NCBI GenBank assembly: GCA_013792075.1
Contig: VMSR01000302.1
Location: 75-64,074 of the forward strand
Origin: Desulfobacula sp.
Lineage (GTDB): Bacteria; Desulfobacterota; Desulfobacteria; Desulfobacterales; Desulfobacteraceae
Reading direction: 5' to 3'
Length of the DNA: 64,000 nucleotides
The position numbers and the translations under genes are program-made. The notes under the pieces are model-generated. The model was not told where the DNA came from. It saw only the letters and a list, made by a program, of their open reading frames with translations, and ran no database searches. Within the stretch, counting starts at the first letter, position 1. Each line of letters begins with the position of its first letter. Positions 35,565 to 43,482 of the stretch are shown here, piece by piece.

Positions 35565-36611
35565 TTAAAAAGAGACTGCCAGGGTCAGAGAGCCGATGGT
35601 TTGCCCCTGTTTCTGATTCTCAAACTCTTCGGTTCGAAAAAGATGCCGGTAGGTCAGTTTGAACATGTTGATATTGTATGAAACGCCAAGGGAAAGGTCT
35701 GCCACCAACGGTTTTTTATCAACACTCTGGCTGTCTCGGAATGTGTTGCCGTCCAGAAAGATGTCATGGGCGATTGCCTCAATCTGGGAACTTGCAAACA
35801 TATGAATCCCCCAAGCGGTTTTCCATGGTTTTGAACCTGGGATGACAGGTGCGCTGACCCCGGCTCCGGCACGGATCACGTCCGACCCGAAGTCTTCCGG
35901 AATATTATACCCGAAGCGGATTTCACCACCGGCACTGGTTGATGTTCTCACGTTCCCCAGAGTTACTCCGGCACGGGAAATAAAATCATAGCTCAAAAAA
36001 TCAAACCAATCCCTGCTGTCCAGCCGCCATTTGCGCTGCCAGGAAAACCGAACGGCCGGTTCATTGTGAAGCTGATTATCCCATCCTTTGGCGGTATTAA
36101 TATCTCTTAAGTCATGAACCGTGTTCTGGGCCTGTTCAGCTTTGGAAGCAGAACCCACAACACCCAAAACGATTTCAAGGGTATCCAGTTTGAGATGGGT
36201 TTTGCTGTGCAGGGCAAGTCCCCCATAAAGAAAACCGGCATAGGGCCTGTCATTTTCAAATGCTGTTGTTGTCTGGGTATCTGAAGGGGTATAGATCTGT
36301 TGTCCGAATAAAACACCGACATTATGAACGCTGGCCGGATTGTCGGAAAGGGGGAGGGCTTTTATGAACGGTAAAGAAAATCTTGGCAGGCGAAGATCAT
36401 CCTCATACTGTTGCAGATCTTTCGAAAGCCAGGTGATCTGGACAGCGTTGGTATAATATTCGTCCGTACCACCGAACAAATCGTTTTCAAAGAACAGCTG
36501 AATGGTTTGAAGTTCAGAAGGGGCTTTAGACCATGCAAAAGCCGGCAAAAACAAGGTAAAAAAAACAATGATGATACAGAGACTGCTGTGTCGCATAAAT
36601 AGGGATTTCAT
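35565..36611 (-). CDS. LpxR-family outer-membrane lipid A deacylase-like protein
   Basis: 348-aa ORF with a signal peptide. The motif FENDLFGGTDEYYTNAVQITW is typical of the LpxR family, and the beta-barrel-like C-terminus ends in F. Confidence 0.7.
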   Translation of the reverse strand: MKSLFMRHSSLCIIIVFFTLFLPAFAWSKAPSELQTIQLFFENDLFGGTDEYYTNAVQITWLSKDLQQYEDDLRLPRFSLPFIKALPLSDNPASVHNVGVLFGQQIYTPSDTQTTTAFENDRPYAGFLYGGLALHSKTHLKLDTLEIVLGVVGSASKAEQAQNTVHDLRDINTAKGWDNQLHNEPAVRFSWQRKWRLDSRDWFDFLSYDFISRAGVTLGNVRTSTSAGGEIRFGYNIPEDFGSDVIRAGAGVSAPVIPGSKPWKTAWGIHMFASSQIEAIAHDIFLDGNTFRDSQSVDKKPLVADLSLGVSYNINMFKLTYRHLFRTEEFENQKQGQTIGSLTLAVSF

Positions 36612-36612
36612 C

Positions 36613-37644
36613 TTACATTCTCCAGCGTTTTTTCATGAGCAGATATGACATGAAAAAGGTTAATAATCCGACAAAAAACAAATAGATCCATGCCGGAAAC
36701 AAGGTTGATATAGTCCTGTCATCCAGCAGGATTGAGCGGATGGATTCAAAAAGAGGATATGACGGCAAAAAAGGAGCCACTGTTGATAATTTTTGTGAAA
36801 ACTCGGATAAGGCAGAAGGAAGAAGGTGGGGCAGATAGAAAATAACGCCCAGGGTTCTGGCGCCGGCCTGACTTTTACATAAAAAACCCAGGAAAATTCC
36901 ATAGGCACTAAAACAAAAACTGCCGACGCCGATAAATGCGACATAACTTGCGACATTTCCAAAAGAGAATCTTCCCATCAGATGGAGAAACAGGACAGCC
37001 ATGAAGATTAAAATCATGCCCAAAAATAATTTGGCCACAAGCCATTCAATTTCCCGCATGGGCGTCTGCAAAAGCGCAAGCAGTAATTTTTTTTCCTTTT
37101 CTTCGGCAATTTGCGCAGGCATGATGATGAAGCTTACCAGCATGACCAGCATGAGGATCCATGTGGGCAAGGTTTGTCTTTGAATTCCACCTTTCTGAAG
37201 CGGTTTGATATCGGAAATCCAGTTGATGCCGGTTCCTTCGATTGCTTTTTGTAACGCTGAAAAGCTCTCTACTATTTGAAGGGACAATACCGATTCTTTT
37301 TTTAAAACAACCAGAACCAGACTGATATTTTCTTTTTCAGGCCGTAACAGCAAACCATCGATTTTTTTTTCTTTTAACCATGTATTGCCTTGTTCTTCAC
37401 TTGAAACCAATACAATCGAAAATAGTGCATCGGCGGATTGAATAGCTTCAACAATAACAGGAGGATATTGTTGTGATTGAATCAGTCCGATGTTGATTTT
37501 TTTAATATCAACACCGGCTTCATCTACCAACGTCAAAGAGATATAAACAAAAAATGGAATGAAAAGAATCAAAAAGATGGATTTATTCTTAAAGGCAATG
37601 GCCAAATCATTCACTGTTAATGTAATGATATTTCTTATCATCAT
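36613..37644 (-). CDS. ABC-2 type transporter permease
   Basis: 343-aa ORF with an N-terminal TM helix, a large loop and 5 C-terminal TM helices. It overlaps the ATPase gene stop. Confidence 0.75.
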   Translation of the reverse strand: MMIRNIITLTVNDLAIAFKNKSIFLILFIPFFVYISLTLVDEAGVDIKKINIGLIQSQQYPPVIVEAIQSADALFSIVLVSSEEQGNTWLKEKKIDGLLLRPEKENISLVLVVLKKESVLSLQIVESFSALQKAIEGTGINWISDIKPLQKGGIQRQTLPTWILMLVMLVSFIIMPAQIAEEKEKKLLLALLQTPMREIEWLVAKLFLGMILIFMAVLFLHLMGRFSFGNVASYVAFIGVGSFCFSAYGIFLGFLCKSQAGARTLGVIFYLPHLLPSALSEFSQKLSTVAPFLPSYPLFESIRSILLDDRTISTLFPAWIYLFFVGLLTFFMSYLLMKKRWRM

Positions 37645-38321
37645 AGGTAAAGCTTCTCATGAATGTCTGATTGAAAATATGTTTCGGGCGATCCATCAAA
37701 AACCAGAACGCCCTGATGAAGTACAACAATTCGTGTGGCCAGGGTTTTTATCTCTTCTGGCCGATGGGAAGTGAAAATAATTGTTTTCCCGGAAGAATGA
37801 AACGCTTTGAGCAGCCTGTAAATCTCTTTTGTCATCTCAAAGTCTATCCCTGAAGTCGGTTCATCAAACAAAAGAACGGACGGATCTGCCAGAAGGGATC
37901 GCCCGATGCTCACCCTTTGCCGTAATCCTTTTGATAAAACCTGTATCCTGTTCGTGCGGAAAGGCAACAGATTGAATGCCTTTAAAATTTCTTCAATTCT
38001 TGAGAAAGGAACCTGAAACAGACGGGCAAATAGTTTGAGATTATCTTCAACGGTAAAAAAATCAAACAGATTGGGCGTTTCCGGAACAAAACCGATTTTC
38101 CGCACAATTGCCAATCTGTTTTTGAGGTCGATACCGTCCACAAAAACCTGACCGCTGTCAGGGATGAGCCAGCCGGCCAAAAGTTTTAATAAGGTGGATT
38201 TGCCCGCACCATTATGCCCGATAAGGGCAATCAGTTCCCCTTGTTTCACCTCAAGTTGAAACGGCAGCAGCCCTCTTTTTTCCTTATATGTTTTTGAAAG
38301 ATTCTGAATCTTAATCAGCAT
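37641..38321 (-). CDS. ABC transporter ATP-binding protein
   Basis: Walker A GHNGAGKST, signature LSKGLRQR, Walker B LLFDEPTSGID. Confidence 0.9.
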   Translation of the reverse strand: MLIKIQNLSKTYKEKRGLLPFQLEVKQGELIALIGHNGAGKSTLLKLLAGWLIPDSGQVFVDGIDLKNRLAIVRKIGFVPETPNLFDFFTVEDNLKLFARLFQVPFSRIEEILKAFNLLPFRTNRIQVLSKGLRQRVSIGRSLLADPSVLLFDEPTSGIDFEMTKEIYRLLKAFHSSGKTIIFTSHRPEEIKTLATRIVVLHQGVLVFDGSPETYFQSDIHEKLYL

Positions 38322-38426
38322 AAAACGATTCTTTTTTTATCCGCATAAATGTTTGATGACTTTGACCGGAAATTCCTGTCAAAGTCATCGCTTAAAATGT
38401 AAAGCAAGGTTTCTTTAATAAAACGC

Positions 38427-38501
38427 TTATGTCCGCTGAACCAAATAAACAATCGCGAACACCAAAGCCACTACAACCAGAACGCCGATAACAAATCCCA
38501 T
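38427..38501 (-). CDS. possible 24-aa hydrophobic micro-protein
   Basis: My own translation from the ATG at 38501, preceded by AAAGGAGAAAC: MGFVIGVLVVVALVFAIVYLVQRT*. No family is recognised. Confidence 0.25.
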   Translation of the reverse strand: MGFVIGVLVVVALVFAIVYLVQRT

Positions 38502-38607
38502 TTTGTTTCTCCTTTAAAAGTAATAATTTATGCTCTCTATGTATACAGGTACCAAAGATTGACAACTGAGTAAGGCAGGACGCAAATAGCGTGCTAGTCT
38601 CGTCTTA

Positions 38608-39141
38608 TCAATCAATCTGCCTGCCTATATCCTCAAAGGCATCCACGACCATCCCCGTTCCAACCGCAATCAGCAGGATATCCTGGGCCACGCGCACGAA
38701 ACGGTGCAGTGGCGGTGGCGGCCCCAATTGCACAAGAATGGTTGGCGGAAGCTCATAGAAAACGACTTCTGTGGGAAGCCGTCGGCCTTTGCTCCATTTT
38801 TTTGCATGGCCGGGAGGTATACAGCGATTGCCTTTCTTAGCAAGGCCCGGCGGACAATGTCCCTTCCGAAATTGTCCGGAATAATAATTGTGGATGAACA
38901 TCTGCTTTTGTTCACTGAAGTGCCCGCCCCTCTGGGGGCTATGTTTATTTTTCTCGTAAGATTTCCCATGATCAGAATTCCGATTGTCTTTGTGGTTTCC
39001 ACTCATTTTTTCCTGTTTGTGGTGTTGGCCCTTTTTCCCGCCACCCTCTGCCGATTTTCCTGCGAGTGCCGTGTTGGTTGAACATATTCCGGTAAAGATA
39101 AGCGCCAGTGTAAGGCATATCTGAAACATAAACCGCTGCAT
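38608..39141 (-). CDS. RcnB/CigR-like periplasmic protein
   Basis: The ATG at 39141 follows GGGAG. Signal peptide MQRFMFQICLTLALIFTGICSTNTALA, then a basic H/K-rich linker. The C-terminus PPGLAKKG..PPGHAKKW...LPP....HRFVRVAQDILLIAVGTGMVVDAF is typical of the RcnB family. Confidence 0.6.
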   Translation of the reverse strand: MQRFMFQICLTLALIFTGICSTNTALAGKSAEGGGKKGQHHKQEKMSGNHKDNRNSDHGKSYEKNKHSPQRGGHFSEQKQMFIHNYYSGQFRKGHCPPGLAKKGNRCIPPGHAKKWSKGRRLPTEVVFYELPPTILVQLGPPPPLHRFVRVAQDILLIAVGTGMVVDAFEDIGRQID

Positions 39142-39332
39142 GATTTTGACTCCCATTCAAAAGATTAAAAATAAACTTAAAGGCTTTTTATGCCGCCATC
39201 TGACAAAAGGGTCGTATTTATCCATAGGGCCATATTTGACCTCGCTTTCAGAATAAAATCCGGTTGTCAGAAATTGATCATTTACGCAATGGGCTCTTTG
39301 ATCTTATCAAAGGCCAGAATCTATCTGGAAAT

Positions 39333-39692
39333 TCAGGATACATTAACGATATATTCGTCATATGGGACTCCTTGGGTCCTGACCGCTTCAATGGCCGCCA
39401 TTCCCTGGAGATGGGAAACCGTGTAAATCATTATGTTCAGCGGTTTGCTTAAAAGGGGCTTTGTTCCCAGCAGAACCCCGAACCTGTGGGATTTGATATG
39501 CAGATCCAGGTCTTCCCGGGTTTGCCACTCCTGAATCAGGCAAAGGCTGTTTTTGTCCTGGATATCACAAAAAACAGAACAGCCTTTGCAACCTTTTTCC
39601 CGGCCTACAGGTTCGATCAGCGAAACAAGGGTCTGGGTGATCTCCAACTGCTTATCCGCAAGAACATTCAGGATAATTTTGACTACGATCAT
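39333..39692 (-). CDS. antibiotic-biosynthesis-monooxygenase (ABM/Dabb) fold protein
   Basis: The ATG at 39692 follows AAGGGGA. The pattern MIVVKIILNV...REKGCKGCSVFCDIQDKNSLCLIQEWQTREDLDLHIKSHRF matches ABM domains (..GC..y......f...E.W.s...l..H..s..f). Confidence 0.6.
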   Translation of the reverse strand: MIVVKIILNVLADKQLEITQTLVSLIEPVGREKGCKGCSVFCDIQDKNSLCLIQEWQTREDLDLHIKSHRFGVLLGTKPLLSKPLNIMIYTVSHLQGMAAIEAVRTQGVPYDEYIVNVS

Positions 39693-39814
39693 TGTGATCC
39701 CCTTTTTTATGCCTGGCAGTATGGACGGATCCAGGATTTTGACCATAGCCTGATTTTGACTACGACCTTAATTTTTGTTTTACCCGATGCAGCGTTTAAT
39801 CAAAAAGAGATTAG

Positions 39815-39830
39815 AGCAACCTTCATGCCA
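39815..39830 (-). promoter_or_regulatory. sigma-54 -24/-12 promoter upstream of the ABM-like gene
   Basis: The minus strand reads TGGCATGAAGGTTGCT (TGGCAT-N5-TTGCT). Confidence 0.7.
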
Positions 39831-39931
39831 AAGCCTGCTCCTGTTTTTGATGACACAGCTTTTCCTGCTGATTTAATGAAAGAATCGGTCCTGGAAAAAA
39901 AGAGAGGAGATTAAAAAAAATGCAGAATAAA

Positions 39932-39962
39932 GGCCAAATATGGCCATTGGTCATATTCGACC
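39932..39962. promoter_or_regulatory. candidate UAS: two adjacent 14-mers, GGCCAAATATGGCC and GGTCATATTCGACC
   Basis: Located 102-132 bp upstream of the promoter at 39815-39830. It lies immediately after the stop codon of the activator gene at 39969-41450. Confidence 0.55.
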
Positions 39963-39968
39963 TTGATT

Positions 39969-41450
39969 TTAGGGTTTGCGGATGTCCAGCTTTCGCATCC
40001 GGGCGCGCAGGGTACTGCGGTTGAGTCCGAGAATCTGGGCAGCGCTGTTTTGGCCGCTGACTTTCCAATGGGTCTGTTCAAGCATACGGACAATATAATC
40101 CCGCTCCACTGCCTCCAACGTCTTCAGGTTTTTGCTTAAATAGGCAAAGGGCTTGTTCAGATCATCAACCAGATGCAGCTTTGGGCCTGACGAGCTAATC
40201 ATGGCCCGCTCAAGAACATTTTCCAGTTCCCTGACATTTCCCGGCCAGTGATAATTTTCTAGGGTAGCCATTACGCTTTTGGGAATGATGCCGGTCTGCT
40301 TTCCCATCCGTTTGGCGAGTTTTTTGATATAAAATTCCACCAGCAGCGGGATGTCCTCTATCCGGTCTCTTAGGGGCGGCATGGTAATGGGGAAAACATT
40401 GAGTCGGTACCAGAGATCATCTCGGAATCTTCCCTGCCGGACCTCTTCTTCAAGATTCCGGTTAGTGGCGGCAATAATTCTTGTATCCACCTTGAGGGTG
40501 CGGGAACTGCCCAGCCGCTCAAATTCACCCTCCTGGATCACGCGCAGCAGCTTGGACTGCAGCTCCAGGGGCAGCTCTCCGATTTCATCTAAAAAAAGTG
40601 TGGCCCCGTCCGCGATCTCAAACCGCCCCAGGCGAAGGGAACTGGAACCTGTGAACGCCCCTTTTTCATGGCCGAACAATTCGCTTTCAATCAGGTTTGA
40701 GGGCAGGGAGGCACAGTTTACCTTTACAAGCGCCCTGTTGTTGCGTTTGCCGGAGCCATGAATGGCGCGGGCCACAAGTTCTTTTCCGGTCCCGGTCTCA
40801 CCCAAAACCAATACCGTGGTATCGCTTTGGGCAATCTGTTCCACTTTATAGAGCACATATTTCAAGGCATCGCTTTTTCCGATGATGTTCTCATGGTTGT
40901 GTTCGAGTTTGATTTCTTCTTTCAGGTAGGCTCTTTCCTCTTCCAGCTGCTCTTTGAGATTTTTTATTTCAGAAAGGGCGTCTTCTGCAGTCTGTTTTCG
41001 TTTTTCAGCCTCCTGCCTTGCCAGGACAAGTTCGGTAGTTCGGGTTTCAACGATTTTTTCAAGATCTCTTTTGTAATATTCACTCTCGGTCACATCCTCA
41101 ATTGCCAGAAGAATCAATTGTGGATGCGTTTCATCCTGGTAGATCCTCCGGGCGTTCAGATGCATGATCTTAGGTCCGATGGTTTCAAAAACATGCTCCA
41201 CCTCAAAATCATTGTAAACTGAGTTTTCCGGCAGGGCCTGTTCAAGCAGCTCTCTGAGTCTCGGGATATTCCACTGCCCATTGCCAAGATCATATATCAA
41301 TGTCCCTTTGGTCTCTTCAGGCGAAACGTAAAATGTTTTGTAGAAAGAGGGGTTGGCATCTACCACCTTAAGGTTGACATCAAGCACCACGAGCGGTTCT
41401 CGAACTGAACCCAGGATGTTGTTGAAAATATCCAAAAACGCTTTTTGCAC
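39969..41450 (-). CDS. sigma-54-dependent transcriptional activator (PAS - AAA+ - Fis-type HTH)
   Basis: 493-aa ORF. Motifs: N-terminal PAS, GETGTGKELVARAIH, ESELFGHEKGAFTGS, RVIQEGEFERLG. C-terminal HTH: SGQNSAAQILGLNRSTLRARMRKL. Confidence 0.9.
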   Translation of the reverse strand: MQKAFLDIFNNILGSVREPLVVLDVNLKVVDANPSFYKTFYVSPEETKGTLIYDLGNGQWNIPRLRELLEQALPENSVYNDFEVEHVFETIGPKIMHLNARRIYQDETHPQLILLAIEDVTESEYYKRDLEKIVETRTTELVLARQEAEKRKQTAEDALSEIKNLKEQLEEERAYLKEEIKLEHNHENIIGKSDALKYVLYKVEQIAQSDTTVLVLGETGTGKELVARAIHGSGKRNNRALVKVNCASLPSNLIESELFGHEKGAFTGSSSLRLGRFEIADGATLFLDEIGELPLELQSKLLRVIQEGEFERLGSSRTLKVDTRIIAATNRNLEEEVRQGRFRDDLWYRLNVFPITMPPLRDRIEDIPLLVEFYIKKLAKRMGKQTGIIPKSVMATLENYHWPGNVRELENVLERAMISSSGPKLHLVDDLNKPFAYLSKNLKTLEAVERDYIVRMLEQTHWKVSGQNSAAQILGLNRSTLRARMRKLDIRKP

Positions 41451-41843
41451 AGATCAGATCCTTTTTTAAAAACATGACCATGGATAAAACAAAATAAGGT
41501 TGCCCAATGCTGGAACACAAGTCTAAACACTTGATACAATAGAGCGATTGTTGATTTTTGTCAAAGGGTGGTTAAAAATTTTGGAGGGTTAAGCCGACAA
41601 TAAGCGCGTTTCGGGTAGAGCCGGTTTCTCCTTACTTGCTTAATCAGGCACATAAGACTATTATACAAGATAAATGTGATGGTACCCTTCTCGTTTTGGT
41701 AAATTTTTTTTACGATTCTTAATTTTCCATAAAAAAAAGGAAGGCATCGCAAGGCAGGTTCACTTGATGGGAAAAACAGGTCCTTTCATTTCATAAACAT
41801 CATGCAGACAGTTTAGTTGCAGCATTAAAACCGGAGGTCATAC

Positions 41844-42644
41844 GTGCAAGAATTTCAACGGGCCATTTTAACCCATGGCGGTTCCGCCTCTGATCCTCAT
41901 AATTCCGACGGGCCACAAGCGGCGGCAAAAACCGGGATGGCATTGATGGAAAATGGCCAATCTGCTTTATCTGCAGTGGTTCGTGCGGTAAGATATTTAG
42001 AAGATGACCCACGGTTTAATGCCGGGCTTGGCTCACAACTCAGAGCTGACGGCTGCACAATCCAGCAGGATGCATCCTGCATGACAAGCAATGGTCAATT
42101 TGGGGCAGTTGCAGGCATTGAAGGCATCCAGAACCCTGTTGATATAGCCCGGGGTGTATTGCTTTTTTCTCCCCATATCCTCCTTGTGGGCGATGGTGCC
42201 CGATTTTTTGCAAAAGAACAGGATATACCCATAATAGTGTTAAAGGGTTCTGATGGTAAAAAGCCATGCGCCTCTTCCTGCGATACCGTGGGATCAGTGG
42301 CCTTTGACGGAACAAGCTTTGCTGCGGCCTTAAGTTCCGGCGGGCTTGAAAAAGCGGCCATAGGAAGGGTGGGTGACGTCCCCCTACCGGGCTGCGGCCT
42401 GTTTTGCGGCCCTGCCGGAGCGGTTGCCTGCACAGGGGATGGTGAGTTTATTGCTTTAAAACTTTTGGCAAGAGAAGTCTATGGCTGGCTTGAAGGAAAG
42501 ATGAGTGCACAGAAGGCCGCACAAAAGGCCATGAACCTGTTTGACGCTTCTGTTGATGTCGGACTCATCATTTTAACCCGGGATGAATTCGGATCAAGTG
42601 CCCGCAACGGCATGGCATGGTCCTGTCTTACGGAGAAAAAATAG
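41844..42644 (+). CDS. isoaspartyl peptidase / L-asparaginase (Ntn hydrolase, plant-type asparaginase family)
   Basis: GTG start after GGAGG. Motifs: LEDDPRFNAGLGSQL, the nucleophile context DTVGSVAFD, GRVGDVPLPGCG, ACTGDGEFI. Confidence 0.8.
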   Translation: MQEFQRAILTHGGSASDPHNSDGPQAAAKTGMALMENGQSALSAVVRAVRYLEDDPRFNAGLGSQLRADGCTIQQDASCMTSNGQFGAVAGIEGIQNPVDIARGVLLFSPHILLVGDGARFFAKEQDIPIIVLKGSDGKKPCASSCDTVGSVAFDGTSFAAALSSGGLEKAAIGRVGDVPLPGCGLFCGPAGAVACTGDGEFIALKLLAREVYGWLEGKMSAQKAAQKAMNLFDASVDVGLIILTRDEFGSSARNGMAWSCLTEKK

Positions 42645-42646
42645 TT

Positions 42647-43465
42647 ATGGCGGCAAATTCTTTTTTTTTGGGGCGTCTCATTGCCATCGGCGGGAATGAA
42701 GACAAGGTGAATGAATTACTTGTGCTGAAACGGGTTGTCAGGGAAGTTGGAAAACCGGACTACAAGGTCGGCGTCATCACCACTGCAAGCCAAGAACCCG
42801 AACAGCGGGGCCAGGACTATCAAAAGGTATTTACGACCCTTGGTGCGTCCGAGGTAAAAATTTTAACCATTAGAACAAGGGCACAGGCAAATGACGATAC
42901 ACTTGTCAAAACCCTTGAAGATGTTGATTTGATTTTTCTTACCGGTGGTGACCAGTTGAGACTGACAACCATTATGGGCGGATCAAAAATACTGGTTGCG
43001 ATTCAAAACCGACTTGAAGCAGGTGCCCTCATCGCCGGCACCAGTGCAGGGGCTGCTGTATTCTCAGATACCATGATTTATGAAGGAGAAAGTGAAGAAG
43101 GTCTGCTTAAAGGCAGAGTCCTCATGACAGCCGGCTTTGGTTTTGTAAATAATATTGTTTTTGATACCCATTTTATGGCAAGGGGCCGTATCGGACGTCT
43201 GGTCCAGATTGTTACAACAAATCCGACCTGCATCGGCGTCGGTATCGGTGAAGATTCAGGTGTTATCCTCAAGGGAGACGAGACAGTTGAGGTCATTGGT
43301 ACGGGCCAGGTCATTATTGTTGACGGCAGTGATATTGCCCATTCCAACATAATGGATATTAAACCGGGCGAGCCCATTGCCGTGGAAAATGTGCGCATCC
43401 ATTCGCTGGTGAATGGATATGGATACAATTTTAAAAACAGGCAATTTTTAATCCCCTCATCATAA
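42647..43465 (+). CDS. cphB: cyanophycinase
   Basis: Motifs: IAIGGNEDK, VITTAS, IFLTGGDQLRL, IAGTSAGAAV (catalytic Ser), the peptidase S51 pattern. Confidence 0.85.
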   Translation: MAANSFFLGRLIAIGGNEDKVNELLVLKRVVREVGKPDYKVGVITTASQEPEQRGQDYQKVFTTLGASEVKILTIRTRAQANDDTLVKTLEDVDLIFLTGGDQLRLTTIMGGSKILVAIQNRLEAGALIAGTSAGAAVFSDTMIYEGESEEGLLKGRVLMTAGFGFVNNIVFDTHFMARGRIGRLVQIVTTNPTCIGVGIGEDSGVILKGDETVEVIGTGQVIIVDGSDIAHSNIMDIKPGEPIAVENVRIHSLVNGYGYNFKNRQFLIPSS

Positions 43466-43482
43466 CAGATCGGAGAACAACG

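Noticed and set aside
39188-39203. TGGCGGCATAAAAAGC (minus strand) as a sigma-54 promoter for the RcnB-like gene.
   Set aside because: The GG-to-GC spacing is one nucleotide longer than canonical, and sigma-54 spacing is normally invariant.
41451-41843. Large intergenic region between the activator and the cyanophycin genes, checked for riboswitch, sRNA, sigma-54 promoter and the palindrome motif. Also the small ORFs 41561-41752 and 41800-42012.
   Set aside because: No conserved RNA motif, no TGGCAC-N5-TTGC and no GGTCA-N4-TGACC site was seen. The small ORFs lack RBS and features.
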